NCBI GenBank assembly: GCA_015680685.1
Contig: MNCI01000270.1
Span: 110,341 to 174,340, forward strand
Source: Gnetum montanum
Lineage: Eukaryota > Plantae > Gnetophyta
Reading direction: 5' to 3'
Length of the DNA stretch: 64,000 nucleotides
Part shown: positions 62,928-64,000 of the stretch, piece after piece
Numbering within the stretch: position 1 is the first letter of the stretch
Layout: each line of letters begins with the position of its first letter
Notes under the pieces: generated by a model
The model's database searches: none
What the model was told of the DNA's origin: nothing
The model's input: only the letters and a program-made list of their open reading frames with translations
Made by a program: the position numbers and the translations under genes

Positions 62928-63868
62928 ATGGGAATCACGCCAACATTTGAAACCGGACTGCGCCGTGTTTCAAGAAGACGAGGAACTCTGGCAGATGGTG
63001 ACACAGTGCGGCTGGTGTGACCCTCTACAGCGACTGGTCAGGGACCCAGATTTGGCAAACGACGCTTTCTTTACCAACTGGAGCAACGATCGGACCTTTT
63101 TCCAAGCATGCAAGATTCTCATCACAAAATCCTCAATCGCCAGCTGTCTGGGGGTCCAGGTCGCCGGTGAGGTCATCCTACTGTCTACCCGTGGTTTGCA
63201 AGATGCGGAACTATTTTTCGAAGGGCCCGTGCCACGCAGACGGAGCCGTCAGGTGCCCCGGTCTTTTCTTCCCCATCTCTAGGCCCGGGCAACAAATCTG
63301 GTGGACAGATTTTTTGTGCAATTTGGCAATGGGTCCAAGCTCTAGGGACTACATTTTGCATTTCTGCGTTGCCTAAAACTGGGCTGCCAAGTTAACCTCC
63401 CTCGCTTTTTCCTGGAAGCTCTCTTGCTTAAACGGTGAGGCCACCATTCGGGGTTAATTTTAGCATTGCGGCGGGGGCTAGAGGGGGGCCAACACCTGTC
63501 GTCATCTGCCCCCCTGCTGACCCCCCAAGCCCTTCGTCCAGCCAAGGGAACCGCTGGACCTTGATCAAGCACACAAGCACAGTGCCTGACAATGGCTTAG
63601 AGGGGGGCACTGCCCGTACCTCATCCTAGAAATCAATTGCGAGAGCTCCTAGGGTGAGCTCAGACACCATATCCGCCAAACCTCAGCGCGGTTTCATCCT
63701 AATGGGGGAGCTTCATCGATGGACCAGAACAGGCAGGAGTTGGCCATGCAGGGTATCTAGCAGGTTGTCAGTTTCATGGACACAGAAGACCACCGAAACA
63801 CTTTGGACCTCCTCCATGAGCTGGAGCACCCACATTGCGCTTGTCGTCGGCTACTAACGAACCCCTAG
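62928..63868 (+). pseudogene. Unknown transposon-associated protein, copy 2
   Basis: MGITPTFE/PDC...DPDLANDAFFTNW...VDRFFVQFGN...VNLPRFFLEAL...QVVSFMDTEDHRNTL...PHCACRRL. Confidence 0.72.
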
Positions 63869-64000
63869 TGGGGGGGGTGTCTTGGACCGTGGACGACGTT
63901 CACCCCCTGGTCGTCGCCGCTTTCCTTGTCCTTTCGTGCCCCCCCTGGAACTATTGAAGGGTGCCCCCCCTGGGACTATCGAAAGGTGCCCCCCCGGGAC

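Overview
Land-plant genomic DNA (CCCTAAA-type repeats, plant host-gene fragments, strong CG/CHG decay) made almost entirely of nested, mostly dead retroelements. It contains a Ty1/copia 3' half (1-3508), three related Athila-like Ty3/gypsy elements (A1 9923-23288, A2 23950-34674, A3 ~49760-54203), a Tat/Ogre-like element plus a solo LTR, a Sirevirus-like solo LTR inside a degenerate telomere-like array, two RTE LINE ends, an L1-like 3' end, and the last exon of a host NAD(P)-binding Rossmann-fold gene. The most striking feature is a family of giant TGTTG...CAACA units, present four times (G1 15555-19183, G2 from 19262 on the minus strand, G3 23641-47148, G4 31243-34402). The two complete copies have 5-bp target-site duplications (TSDs). 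G1, G3 and G4 share a ~27-bp 5' tip and all four share a ~1.3-kb 3' block, but their interiors differ. G1 and G3 carry trains of sense-strand host-gene fragments (RING zinc-ribbon, DDX3-like, ORG1/FBN11 kinase, RecQ, CPN60-alpha, C2-GRAM), suggesting a 'pack-LTR' gene-capture system. Also notable are a conserved 60-62-nt intron directly before the extra ORF of all three Athila-like elements, and an L1-like zinc finger in frame with an unknown extra domain that has a head-to-head paralogue. All protein identities come from by-eye recognition of translations; no database search was run.
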